Of a stretch of 64,000 nt of DNA, positions 19,276-29,075 are shown piece by piece. The position numbers were made by a program, and so were the translations under genes. The first letter of the stretch is position 1; each line of letters starts with the position of its first letter. The stretch lies in NCBI GenBank assembly GCA_038850275.1, contig JAWCLZ010000006.1, forward strand, positions 393 to 64,392. The letters are read 5' to 3'. The stretch is from Methanocellales archaeon (GTDB lineage: Archaea > Halobacteriota > JAWCLZ01). Under the pieces are notes generated by a model that made no database searches, was not told the DNA's origin, and was given only the letters and a program-made list of their open reading frames with translations.

Positions 19276-20682
19276 ATGATCAAATTTGGCACTGATGGCT
19301 GGCGTGCAGTAATGGATAGTGAATTTACTCTTGAAAGAGTTAGTTTAGTAACTCAAGCTATAGCTGATTACCTTTCTCAGCGAGATCTATGCAGCAGAGT
19401 AATAGCAGTAGGCTTTGATACAAGGAAAAACAGCCAGCTTTATGCTGAAGCAGCTGCTAGCGTGCTTTGTGGAAATAATATCTCGGTAATTTTACCCTCA
19501 AGAGATGTGCCTACCCCAATGATTGCCTTTACAGTTAAACATAGAAAGCTTGGAGGGGCCATTATGATCACTGCTTCGCATAATCCACCCGTTTATAATG
19601 GCATCAAATTCATTCCAGAAACAGGGGCACCTGCACTTCCAGAGGTAACAAGTGCAATTGAAAGAAACATTCAAAAATTAACTCCAGAGAATGTGCAAAG
19701 GATAGAGCTTCAGGAGGCAAAAAATCGCAATTTGCTACTTGAATTCGATCCATTTGAAGATTATAGAAAACACGTTCTTGGCCTTGTAGAGATAGCTTTA
19801 ATTAGAAATGCTAAACTTAAGATAATTCACGATGCGCTTTTTAGCACCTCAAGAGGCTATCTCCCAACGCTTTTGAGAGATGCTGGATGCGAGGTTATAG
19901 AAATCCATAACTGGATTGACCCAATGTTTGGCGGGATGGAGCCAAATCCTGAGGAGAGATTTCTCAGCGACCTTAAGCAAGCTGTGATAGAGCATGGCGC
20001 TGCTTTTGGCGTTGCAAATGATGGAGATGCAGATCGCATTGGCGTTATTGATGAACATGGTAATTATATTACTCCAAATATGGTATTTAGTCTACTTGCA
20101 GAATATATTGCAGCCAAAAGTTCAAGTAAAGGTGCTATAGTTCGCTCAATTGCCACAACTCATCTAGTGGATAGAATAGCTGAATCCCATGGTCTTGAGT
20201 TAATTGAAACCCCAGTTGGTTTTAAATGGCTAGCGAAGGCTATGATTGAAAGAAATGGTTTAATTGCAGGGGAGGAAAGTGGAGGAGTTTGCTTCCGCGA
20301 CCACGTGGCTGAAAAAGATGGATTGCTGACTGCACTTTTCTTGGCTGAAATGATTGCTGCTTGCAAGAAACCCCTATCTCAGCTTGTCCTAGATCTTAAA
20401 AAGAGATATGGCGATTTATTCTTTAGCAGAATTAGTGTAGCAGCTCAAAAAAGCCAAAGGTTAATTGAAAAACTTCAGGTTCCAAGAGAAATCGCGGGAT
20501 ATGAGGTAGTGGGTATTAATACCCTAGATGGTTTGAAACTAATCCTCAAAAATGGAGCTTGGCTTCTAATTCGACCCTCTGGCACTGAGCCTGTGGTTAG
20601 AATCTATGGGGAAGCAGCGAGTGAACAGATCCTGCAGAAAATTCTAGCTGAAGGCAAGAAATTAGTGGAAGGAGTTGATTAA
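19276..20682 (+). CDS. Phosphoglucomutase/phosphomannomutase
   Basis: FGTDGWR, ITASHNP, DGDADR, GEESGG and IRPSGTEP motifs. Confidence 0.93.
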   Translation: MIKFGTDGWRAVMDSEFTLERVSLVTQAIADYLSQRDLCSRVIAVGFDTRKNSQLYAEAAASVLCGNNISVILPSRDVPTPMIAFTVKHRKLGGAIMITASHNPPVYNGIKFIPETGAPALPEVTSAIERNIQKLTPENVQRIELQEAKNRNLLLEFDPFEDYRKHVLGLVEIALIRNAKLKIIHDALFSTSRGYLPTLLRDAGCEVIEIHNWIDPMFGGMEPNPEERFLSDLKQAVIEHGAAFGVANDGDADRIGVIDEHGNYITPNMVFSLLAEYIAAKSSSKGAIVRSIATTHLVDRIAESHGLELIETPVGFKWLAKAMIERNGLIAGEESGGVCFRDHVAEKDGLLTALFLAEMIAACKKPLSQLVLDLKKRYGDLFFSRISVAAQKSQRLIEKLQVPREIAGYEVVGINTLDGLKLILKNGAWLLIRPSGTEPVVRIYGEAASEQILQKILAEGKKLVEGVD

Positions 20683-22015
20683 GAAGGAGTTGATTGAAGT
20701 ATTTGATAACCTTGAGCAAAATATTGGAATCGAGGTTTATGCCACTAAGACTCCTGGCACTGGGGGAAGACTTCGCTGCTTGATCGAGGATTTCAAGGTA
20801 GAGGAAATTTCAAAAGTTGCGATTAATAATATAGGAAGTTTTCTCATCGCTGAGTTGATCAAGAAGAACTGGGAAACAAACTTGGCTATAAAGGCAATTG
20901 CAAGATCACTTGGAATAAGCTATAAACGCATAGGCTTTGCTGGCACCAAGGACAAGCGAGCATTAACCAAGCAACTTATTAGTATTTATAACGTTAGCGA
21001 AGAACTCCTGCAGAATGTAAAGCTGAATGGGATTGAACTCAGGATACTCGGCAGAAGCTCAAGACCAGTTGTTCTTGGCGATCTCAAGGGCAATAAATTT
21101 GAAATCGCGATAAGAGACATAGAGCTCGAGTTTGACATTTTAAAGGATAGAGTGGTTTCTATAACCAGTGAATTACATACTACTGGAGGGGTTCCAAATT
21201 TCTTTGGAATGCAGCGCTTTGGCACGAGGAGGCCTATAACCGCTGAGGTTGGAAAAGCAATTTTAGATGGCGATCTTGAGAGAGCTGCTATGATATATAT
21301 AGCCAAGCCAAGTAATGGGGAACCTGAGGAAGTGAGGGCTATAAGGGAATATGTTTATGAAACCCAGGACTTCAACTGGGGATTGAAGCACTATCCCAAG
21401 TATTTGAAGTATGAGCGGGCAATGATGCACGAGTTATTGAAGCAGCGAGATTTCAAGACTGCTTTTAGAGTACTTCCCTTGAGTCTAAGGCAGATGTTCA
21501 TCCACGCTTATCAAGCGATTATTTTCAACAGGATACTAAGCAGGCGGATAAAAGCTGGGGTTCCACTTAATCAAGCTTTACTTGGCGATATAGTTTGCTT
21601 CGCTGATGAAAATGGCTTGCCAAATCCTAAAGATTTGAGACTTGTAACCCCTGAAAATCTAGATAATACCAATATTTTAATTGCAAAGGGCAGAGCATAT
21701 ATAACTGCACCGATCATCGGGTATGAAACACTTCTATCAGAGGGCAAGCCTGGTGAGATCGAGCGAGCAGTGCTTAGTGAAGCTGGTATAACTGGACAGG
21801 AATTTAAAGTTAAAACCATGCCTGAGTTAAGTTCAAAGGGATTGAGGCGAAGCGTGGTTTTAAAAGTTGATCCAAGTTTTCAGATTTCTATTGATGAGCT
21901 CAATCCTAATAGGCGGAAACTCGTGCTTTATTTCTCACTACCAAAAGGTTCCTATGCAACTTCTTTATTAAGGGAATATATGAAGAGCAAGGATGCGATT
22001 GAAGCTGGGTTTTAA
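20675..22015 (+). CDS. truD: tRNA pseudouridine(13) synthase TruD
   Basis: EDFKVEE, FAGTKDKRA, GNKFEI, PNFFGMQRFG and LPKGSYAT motifs. Confidence 0.95.
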   Translation: MIKKELIEVFDNLEQNIGIEVYATKTPGTGGRLRCLIEDFKVEEISKVAINNIGSFLIAELIKKNWETNLAIKAIARSLGISYKRIGFAGTKDKRALTKQLISIYNVSEELLQNVKLNGIELRILGRSSRPVVLGDLKGNKFEIAIRDIELEFDILKDRVVSITSELHTTGGVPNFFGMQRFGTRRPITAEVGKAILDGDLERAAMIYIAKPSNGEPEEVRAIREYVYETQDFNWGLKHYPKYLKYERAMMHELLKQRDFKTAFRVLPLSLRQMFIHAYQAIIFNRILSRRIKAGVPLNQALLGDIVCFADENGLPNPKDLRLVTPENLDNTNILIAKGRAYITAPIIGYETLLSEGKPGEIERAVLSEAGITGQEFKVKTMPELSSKGLRRSVVLKVDPSFQISIDELNPNRRKLVLYFSLPKGSYATSLLREYMKSKDAIEAGF

Positions 22016-22048
22016 AGATAAATGGTAACAAGTAAAAATTGAAACTTT

Positions 22049-22711
22049 TCACTCTAGTCCCCTTGCTGTAATTGTGAACTCTGCAGAAAGATGCTCTGGT
22101 CTAGAGCGATGCTTTTCAATCGTTGCCCTTCTCTTTCCACTCTCGCTTAGTTTTTCTAGCCTAATGATTACCTTTGAAAGGTGCTCGAGTATGGTGCCAC
22201 CCACTGCTCTAAGTTCATCAGTGGCAATATCTGTGTATACTTGATTTGTGATTGCAATTGCAATGTTATACTTCCTAGCGAGGCCAAGTAAATGGGTAAG
22301 TTGATTTGCAAGTTCTCGCTTTAAATGTAAAGCTCGCTCTCCATTTAGTTCAAAGCGATAATGGGATACTAAGGAGTCAATTATTATCAAGCCAACGTTT
22401 TTCTTTAAAAGTTTTTCAGCATCCCTGATAGCGCTCCACTGCTCTTCAAATGTTAATGGCTCAAAGATGAAGATATCTTGAGCAATCTCCCTCGCGTTCT
22501 CCCCTGCTATTTGAGAAAAACGTTCGGGTGAGAAGCCTTCTGTATCTATGAAAATCACTTTTTTCCCGCTTTTCACACATTCAATTGCAAGCTGCAGGCA
22601 TAAATTGGTCTTCCCACTTCCAGGTTCTCCATAGATCTGCGTTATAGTGCCTGCTTCTATGCCCCCGCCTAGGAGATCGTCAATTGGCTTGCATTTCGTT
22701 GGGAATTTCAC
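22049..22711 (-). CDS. radB: DNA repair protein RadB
   Basis: GEPGSGKT Walker A, IIIDS, TNQV and the RadB KHRS motif. Confidence 0.95.
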   Translation of the reverse strand: MKFPTKCKPIDDLLGGGIEAGTITQIYGEPGSGKTNLCLQLAIECVKSGKKVIFIDTEGFSPERFSQIAGENAREIAQDIFIFEPLTFEEQWSAIRDAEKLLKKNVGLIIIDSLVSHYRFELNGERALHLKRELANQLTHLLGLARKYNIAIAITNQVYTDIATDELRAVGGTILEHLSKVIIRLEKLSESGKRRATIEKHRSRPEHLSAEFTITARGLE

Positions 22712-22790
22712 GACTTTTATGTTATCAAGCCTCGCTCATTAAAATTAATCTATGAATTAGTTATTTTTGATAAATAAGCATTAGTTAATT

Positions 22791-22810
22791 ATTAGAGACA
22801 TATCTCTAAT
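22791..22810. promoter_or_regulatory. 20-bp palindrome between divergent radB and nth
   Basis: ATTAGAGA-cata-TCTCTAAT ends 3 bp before the nth start codon. Confidence 0.45.
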
Positions 22811-22813
22811 GAG

Positions 22814-23419
22814 ATGATCGCTGAAGAGGTAATTCAAAGACTGGCTGCAAATTATTCCACAGGTAGCTATAAAGCAGATCCTTTCAAGGTACTTATCTTC
22901 ACTATTTTATCTCAGCGCACTAGAGATGAAAATACCATTGCTGCTGCAGGGAAATTGTTCTCTAAGTTTAAAAGTGCTAAAGAACTTGCTTCTGCTGATA
23001 TTCGTGATATAGAGGAAAATATTAAAAAAGCAGGTTTTTATAGAGTGAAGGCAAAGCGAATCAAAGCAGTTGCTGAAATAATTGTAGAGAAATTCAATGG
23101 AAAAGTGCCTGATTCTCTAGAAGATCTTCTCAAATTACCTGGAGTAGGGAGGAAAACTGCGAATTGCGTTCTCGCTTATGGGTTTGGAAAAAATGCCTTG
23201 CCTGTTGATACGCATGTGCATAGGATTTCAAATAGACTTGGCTTGGTCAACAGCAAGACTATAGATCAAACTGAGGCTGAGCTTAAGAGGATTGTACCTG
23301 TCAATCTCTGGTCTCAAGTGAACGAGCTATTCGTCAAATTTGGGCAGACCATCTGCAGGCCTGTTAATCCTAAGTGTGAAATTTGCCTCTTAAGTGATAT
23401 TTGCAAGCGAAGACTTTAA
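22814..23419 (+). CDS. nth: Endonuclease III
   Basis: LSQRTRD, LPGVGRKTAN (HhH), VDTHVHRISNRLG and CRPVNPKCEICLLSDIC. Confidence 0.95.
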   Translation: MIAEEVIQRLAANYSTGSYKADPFKVLIFTILSQRTRDENTIAAAGKLFSKFKSAKELASADIRDIEENIKKAGFYRVKAKRIKAVAEIIVEKFNGKVPDSLEDLLKLPGVGRKTANCVLAYGFGKNALPVDTHVHRISNRLGLVNSKTIDQTEAELKRIVPVNLWSQVNELFVKFGQTICRPVNPKCEICLLSDICKRRL

Positions 23420-23496
23420 TATTACGTAGTGCATTATATAAATCACTGCAAATTTGGCCTGCATTCTCATGCAGACTATTTTTGCATTTGAGGTGT

Positions 23497-23706
23497 GTGA
23501 ACTTGTTTAAAGGTGGTAAAAGAGTTGCCCCTGTTACAGTGGGCAATACTTATGACGTGAAAATCGAGGATATTGCACGCGAAGGCGATGGAATTGCTAG
23601 GATTCAGGGATTCGTGATCTTCGTTCCAAATACGAAGGTTGGCGATGAAGTGAAAATCAAAGTAAGCACAGTGAAGCGCAATTTCGCTATCGCGGAAAAA
23701 ATATAG
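23497..23706 (+). CDS. Single-TRAM-domain RNA chaperone
   Basis: APVTVGNTYDVKIEDIAREGDGIARIQGFVIFVP...GDEVKIKV; start GTG 23497 or TTG 23503. Confidence 0.9.
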   Translation: MNLFKGGKRVAPVTVGNTYDVKIEDIAREGDGIARIQGFVIFVPNTKVGDEVKIKVSTVKRNFAIAEKI

Positions 23707-23848
23707 TTTTGTATCGATTTGTTGTTGTTAGAAACTCTAACAACTATATTTTTTATTTAATATTTATTTTATTTAAATTTTTATTTAAATTATTTTCACT
23801 TCCTTTTCCCATAAATTTTAATGTCTAAGGCTCCATTGATTTAAACGT

Positions 23849-26260
23849 ATGAAGATTTCAGGCTGGCTGATAGACGCGGATTATATAACTGAGGATGGCA
23901 GGGCTGTCATTCGCCTATGGTGCAAAGATGGCAGTGGCAGGGATGTAGTTGTATTCGACCGCAACTTTGAGCCTTATTTCTACCTAATTCCCTTCGACCC
24001 AAAGCTTGAAATTTCGAAACTGCAGGAAGTTGAGGTGATAAAGAGTGAGAGGGTTTTCAGGCCTGTGAAAATAGAAATGGTTGAGAGGCGTGATTTTGGC
24101 GTGCTCTTGAAAGCACTAAAGATCTACGTTGAGCATCCTCAGCTAGTGCCAGCTTTTAGAGAGAAGATGGAACAATTTGGCGAGGTTAGAGAAGCTGATG
24201 TACTTTTCGCAGTTCGCTATATCATAGACCACGGGCTATATCCCATGGATGGAATTGAAGTAGAGGGAATAAAGCGTGAGGTGAAATATGGAGACATTGC
24301 GATTGAAGCAAAGAGCGTTAAGCATTTACCTAAAGATAAGACTCCTGAGTTGAAAATGGCTGCTTTTGATTGTGAAATGTGCTCAAGCACGAAGGGAATG
24401 CCTAATCCAAAGACCGATCCTATTGTTATCATTTCTATTGCAACTGAAGAAGGAGTTCAGCTTTATTCATTGGAAGAGTTTTCTGAGAAAGAGATGATTA
24501 AAAAGTTTGTGAAATTCATTCAAGAATATAATCCAGACTTGATTGTTGGCTATAATATTGATGAATTCGACTGGTATTACCTTAAAGAAAGGGCAAATTT
24601 ATATAAAGTTCCCCTCGAGGTGGGGAAAGACAGAAGCCCGCCCTCTTTCAAACCAGGCGGAATGAGGAGACGAGTGTCTATTGCAGGGCGGCCTAACATC
24701 GATTTATATTTCATTGCTGCTCAACAGCTGAATATGGTGAAAGTTAAAACCCTAGAGAATATCGCTGATTACCTAGGAGTTATGAAGAAATCTGAAAGAG
24801 TCCGAATTCCAGGTGCTGAGATCAGTGAGTACTGGAGGGATAGTTCAAAGCGAAGGCTGCTTATGAATTATGCTCGAGATGATGCATTGAGTGCTTATAA
24901 AATAGCTAAAAGCCTCTTGCCAATGCAATATGAGCTGGCTAAGATGACTAGATTACCTCTAGATGAGGTTTCAAAGATTGGTAGAGGGAGGCAGGTTGAA
25001 GCATTTTTAGCAGCTGAGGCATATAAAATCGGAGAGCTAGTGCCTGCTAAAGGAAGTGGGGGAGAGACATATACAGGTGGCTTTGTTCTAGAGCCAAAGA
25101 AAGGCGTGCATGAAAACGTTGTCTGCCTTGATTTCACTTCAATGTATCCCTCAATTATGATAGCCTTCAACATATCCCCTGATACCCTAATTGAGAAAGG
25201 AGATGGCTACGTTGCTCCTGAGGTTGGTCATATTTTTAGAAAAGACGTAGAGGGATTTTTCACGCGTATTTTGAAGAGCTTGGTTGAAAAGAGAAGCGAG
25301 CTTAAAAGAGCTTTGTCTAAAATGGATAGAGATTCTCCTGAGTATAAGCTCCTCGATATTAAGCAACAGACCTTGAAGGTTTTGACAAATGCCTTCTATG
25401 GCTACACTGGCTGGGCATCTGCTAGGTGGTACCGCAGAGAATGCGCTGAAGCAACAGCTGCTTGGGGGAGATATTTTATAAAGGAAGCAATAAAAGAGGC
25501 AGAGAAAATGGGACTCGAGGTTATATATGGAGATACAGATAGCTTATTCATAAAATATCCTAGAGCAAAAAGCAAGGAGGAAGTGCTGGAGAAAGCAAAG
25601 GTTTTTGCAAGTAATATCTCAGCTAAATTTCCCCTAGAGCTTGATATAGAAAATTTCTATAACGTGGTTTTCTTTACAGAGGCGAAAAAACGCTACGCTG
25701 GTTTAACTGATAAAGGAGAAGTGATAGTCAAAGGCCTAGAAGTGAAGCGCGGTGATTGGTGCGAGCTAGCGAAGCGCATTCAAAGCGAGGTAATCAAGAT
25801 TATCTTAAGGGATCGCGATCCAAGTAAAGCTGCTGCTCTCGTTAAAGAAACCGTGAGTAAGATTCGAGAAGCAAAGATTCCCTTCGAGGATTTGGTGATC
25901 TATAAAACTCTTACTAAGGATATCGAGAGCTATGATTCACGACTCGCACACGTGCTTGCTGCTAAAAAAGCCAAGGAGGAGGAGATAAAAGCCGAAGTTG
26001 GTGCAAAGATTGGATATGTAATTGTTAAGGGTTCTGGAATATTAAGTGAGAGAGCTTATCCTGTTGAGATGTTTAAGCATTTTGAGAATAATAGATTAAT
26101 AGGGGTAAATGGAGAAGAATATCAACTAGACATTGATTATTATATTAATAATCAAATTTTGCCAAGTGCTTCAAGGGTCCTTAACTATTTTGATTTTTCA
26201 GAAGCAGAGCTGAAGGGGGAGAGAGAGGCAAGGCAGATAAATCTCGAGCATTTCTTCTGA
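23849..26260 (+). CDS. polB: Family B DNA polymerase (PolB3)
   Basis: ExoI FDCE, YNIDEFD, DFTSMYPS, KVLTNAFYGY, YGDTDS and KKRY motifs; no intein. Confidence 0.97.
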   Translation: MKISGWLIDADYITEDGRAVIRLWCKDGSGRDVVVFDRNFEPYFYLIPFDPKLEISKLQEVEVIKSERVFRPVKIEMVERRDFGVLLKALKIYVEHPQLVPAFREKMEQFGEVREADVLFAVRYIIDHGLYPMDGIEVEGIKREVKYGDIAIEAKSVKHLPKDKTPELKMAAFDCEMCSSTKGMPNPKTDPIVIISIATEEGVQLYSLEEFSEKEMIKKFVKFIQEYNPDLIVGYNIDEFDWYYLKERANLYKVPLEVGKDRSPPSFKPGGMRRRVSIAGRPNIDLYFIAAQQLNMVKVKTLENIADYLGVMKKSERVRIPGAEISEYWRDSSKRRLLMNYARDDALSAYKIAKSLLPMQYELAKMTRLPLDEVSKIGRGRQVEAFLAAEAYKIGELVPAKGSGGETYTGGFVLEPKKGVHENVVCLDFTSMYPSIMIAFNISPDTLIEKGDGYVAPEVGHIFRKDVEGFFTRILKSLVEKRSELKRALSKMDRDSPEYKLLDIKQQTLKVLTNAFYGYTGWASARWYRRECAEATAAWGRYFIKEAIKEAEKMGLEVIYGDTDSLFIKYPRAKSKEEVLEKAKVFASNISAKFPLELDIENFYNVVFFTEAKKRYAGLTDKGEVIVKGLEVKRGDWCELAKRIQSEVIKIILRDRDPSKAAALVKETVSKIREAKIPFEDLVIYKTLTKDIESYDSRLAHVLAAKKAKEEEIKAEVGAKIGYVIVKGSGILSERAYPVEMFKHFENNRLIGVNGEEYQLDIDYYINNQILPSASRVLNYFDFSEAELKGEREARQINLEHFF

Positions 26261-26312
26261 GATATAAAATTAGAACATATTCTAAGATATAAATTGAATT
26301 GTTCTGAGATAT
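26255..26312. repeat. Three direct repeats TTCTRAGATAT with an embedded palindrome
   Basis: Copies at 26255, 26280 and 26302; TTAGAA-cata-TTCTAA at 26270-26285. Confidence 0.6.
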
Positions 26313-26345
26313 TGTTAAATAACATAGGTGGAATTTTATCTAAAT

Positions 26346-27893
26346 ATGACGATTGTAAGCATAACCCCTGATTTAGCACTAGACATAGGCTATACCTACG
26401 CTGGTGGCTTGGGTACACTAGAGGGAGATAGGTTCTATGGCGCTGCAGAAGCAGGACTGGATTACATAGTTATAACTTTTTTCTATTTCAATGGCTATGC
26501 TAAATATGAATTCAATGAAAATAGCGATCCAATTCCAACTCCCCAGCCTCAACCTATTGAGTTCATCAATAAATTGACCCCGGGTGAGAAATTTACCGTT
26601 GAACTCAAAGGCGAGAAGGTCTTAATAGAGCCGCTTGAATATAAGCTTGGCACGGCTAAAGCAGTTTTCATTAAACCAATATCTCCAGAGTGGGCAGTAA
26701 AACTAGTTGATAGATTATATATCGAGAAAGACCAAGAAGAAAAGTTTTATAAATATTTACTTTTAGCCAAGGCAGCCAGTGAGTATATAAGGAGAATTGG
26801 GATTGAAAAAATTGATTACATCGATCTTCAAGAAGCCTATGTAGCTATACTTCCACTTGTATTAAGAATCCCAGGCAAGATTAGACTAGTAATTCACACC
26901 CCAGGTCCCTGGGGGCATCCTAGTTATCCAAGATATTTATTTGAAAGAGAATTTGGATTCAAATTTGTTGAAGAAAACATAGTATCAACAACCTTAGGCT
27001 TGGCCTGCGCTAGAGAGGGAATAACTGTTTCAGCAAAGCACTATGATATCACTTCAAGAGTATTCCCCCATTTTATGGATAAACTCAGGTATATAACTAA
27101 TGGTATTTGCATTGGAAGATGGATGGATCCAGAGCTTCAAAAGCTCTATGAAAAAGGAAAGCTTGAGTTGGAAAATTTTTTAGAGATAAAAAACAAGTTG
27201 AGGCAGGAGCTATTGAAATTGATCAGCACTTATAAGAAGATCGATGCAGATGAGAAAATGATCGTTGCTTGGGCAAGGAGACTTGTGCCCTATAAAAGAC
27301 CTGAGTTCATAACGAGATTCATCGAAGAAAATAGAGATCTACCTATAATATTTATACTAGGAGGGAAAGCACATCCATTCGATGGAATTGGACTGCGGTA
27401 TATGAAGAAATTTAAGGAATTAAGCAAGCAATTTGAAAACGTAGTCTATTTTCACGATTATGATGTAGCAAATGCAAAGGCTATCTTTAAAGGAGCTGAC
27501 TTGCTCTTATTCATGCCATTCTCAGGCTGGGAAGCATGTGGAACAAGTTTTATGAAGGCGGGAGTAAATGGAGTACCAACTTTAGCCTCGAGAGATGGCG
27601 CGGCAATTGAATTCATAGTTGATGGCGTTAACGGCTGGCTATTTGGCACAGACTTAAGAGAACTATGGAGCCTTGAGGAACCGAGGAGTATTGATTTGAA
27701 TGAGAGGGAATATGAAGAATTCAGGTTAAAATTCCTTGAAATTATTAATATCTTCAAATCTCAGCCTGAGCTCTATCATAAAATAGCTCTCAATGCAATG
27801 AGTTCATTTCTCCCAAGGGTTAATATAATGCGAGTGCTTCACGAGTACTATCCCAATTTAATACATATACATAAGATCCCCAAGCAAAGATGA
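26346..27893 (+). CDS. Compact alpha-glucan (glycogen/maltodextrin) phosphorylase, GT35
   Basis: YAGGLGTLEGD, ITNG, ARRLVPYKRP, GGKAHP and the PLP-lysine motif EACGTSFMKA. Confidence 0.88.
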   Translation: MTIVSITPDLALDIGYTYAGGLGTLEGDRFYGAAEAGLDYIVITFFYFNGYAKYEFNENSDPIPTPQPQPIEFINKLTPGEKFTVELKGEKVLIEPLEYKLGTAKAVFIKPISPEWAVKLVDRLYIEKDQEEKFYKYLLLAKAASEYIRRIGIEKIDYIDLQEAYVAILPLVLRIPGKIRLVIHTPGPWGHPSYPRYLFEREFGFKFVEENIVSTTLGLACAREGITVSAKHYDITSRVFPHFMDKLRYITNGICIGRWMDPELQKLYEKGKLELENFLEIKNKLRQELLKLISTYKKIDADEKMIVAWARRLVPYKRPEFITRFIEENRDLPIIFILGGKAHPFDGIGLRYMKKFKELSKQFENVVYFHDYDVANAKAIFKGADLLLFMPFSGWEACGTSFMKAGVNGVPTLASRDGAAIEFIVDGVNGWLFGTDLRELWSLEEPRSIDLNEREYEEFRLKFLEIINIFKSQPELYHKIALNAMSSFLPRVNIMRVLHEYYPNLIHIHKIPKQR

Positions 27894-27907
27894 AATAATA
27901 GTTAATA

Positions 27908-29071
27908 GTGCATATGGTGCAAATGATTGCTCAAGCGTTAGCCTCTGAAAAACTGCAGGCTTACCTCATTATTAGCGAGAGCGTGCACAACGCAAATATG
28001 TACTACGCCACGAGATTTACAGCTCCTGATCCATTTGTGTATATACAAATGGAGAAGAAAAAGGTCTTGCTTGTTTCACATATGGAGTATGAAAGAGCAA
28101 AGAAAGAATCCATCGTAGAAGACGTCAGGTCGCTTCTAGATTATGGAATTAGGGAGAAGCTCCACGAGTTTAAAGACGCAGATAAAGCCCTCGCTCAAGC
28201 TCTTAAGCGATTCTTTGAGGAGGAGCAAATTCAGAAAATAGGTGTACCACGCGATTTCCCAGCTTATTATTTCGAGGAACTCCGAAGTTCAGGTTTCTTA
28301 ATAGTGTTCTTGGATAAAATTATAGAGAGAGCTCGAGAGGTTAAAACCTTGGAGGAAATTGCGTATATAGAAAAAGCTCAATTTGCTTGCGAAGAAGCAA
28401 TGAAGCAAGCTCGAGAAGCCATTAAAGGAAGCGTGGAAAAAAATGGTATTCTGTTTAAAAGAGACGTGGCATTAACATCTGAAAAAATTCGAAGCTTGAT
28501 AGAGGTGAAACTTGCGGAACTTGGATGCAGCGCAGAGGGAACAATCGTGGCTTCTGGAAAGCAAGCTTCAGATCCTCATTGCACTGGCACTGGTTTTATA
28601 TTAAGCGATTCTCCAGTTGTAATAGACATATTCCCTAGGCTTAAAAAGGAAAGATATTACGCAGATATGACAAGAACCTTCTTCCCTGGAACTCCAAATA
28701 GGAAGTTTAAGGAAATGTATAATTCTGTATTAAAAGCTCAGAATTTAGCTCTAAGGCTAATAAAGCCAGGTGTAACTGGAAGAGAAGTCCACGAGGCAGT
28801 TTGCGATTCCTTTGCTGAAGATGGTTACAAGAGCTTGAGAGATGGCAAGATATCGCGTGGCTTTCTACATAGCACTGGCCACGGAATTGGTCTAAGTGTG
28901 CACGAAATGCCTAGTTTGAATGAGATCGGCGGTGATTTAAAAGAGGGCAATGTAGTTACAGTTGAACCTGGGTTATATGACCCTGATGTAGGCGGGGTTA
29001 GAATCGAAGATATAGTAGTGGTGACTAAAAATGGAATTAAAAATTTAACAAGATTTCCCAAGGACTGGTGA
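27908..29071 (+). CDS. Xaa-Pro aminopeptidase (M24B)
   Basis: YYADMTRT, HSTGHGIGLSVHE, VEPGLY and GVRIED motifs. Confidence 0.92.
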   Translation: MHMVQMIAQALASEKLQAYLIISESVHNANMYYATRFTAPDPFVYIQMEKKKVLLVSHMEYERAKKESIVEDVRSLLDYGIREKLHEFKDADKALAQALKRFFEEEQIQKIGVPRDFPAYYFEELRSSGFLIVFLDKIIERAREVKTLEEIAYIEKAQFACEEAMKQAREAIKGSVEKNGILFKRDVALTSEKIRSLIEVKLAELGCSAEGTIVASGKQASDPHCTGTGFILSDSPVVIDIFPRLKKERYYADMTRTFFPGTPNRKFKEMYNSVLKAQNLALRLIKPGVTGREVHEAVCDSFAEDGYKSLRDGKISRGFLHSTGHGIGLSVHEMPSLNEIGGDLKEGNVVTVEPGLYDPDVGGVRIEDIVVVTKNGIKNLTRFPKDW

Positions 29072-29075
29072 TTAA

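Noticed and set aside
9012-26260. Inteins in PolD DP2, IF-2 or PolB
   Set aside because: Lengths are normal and the catalytic motifs are contiguous; no intein splice motifs were seen.
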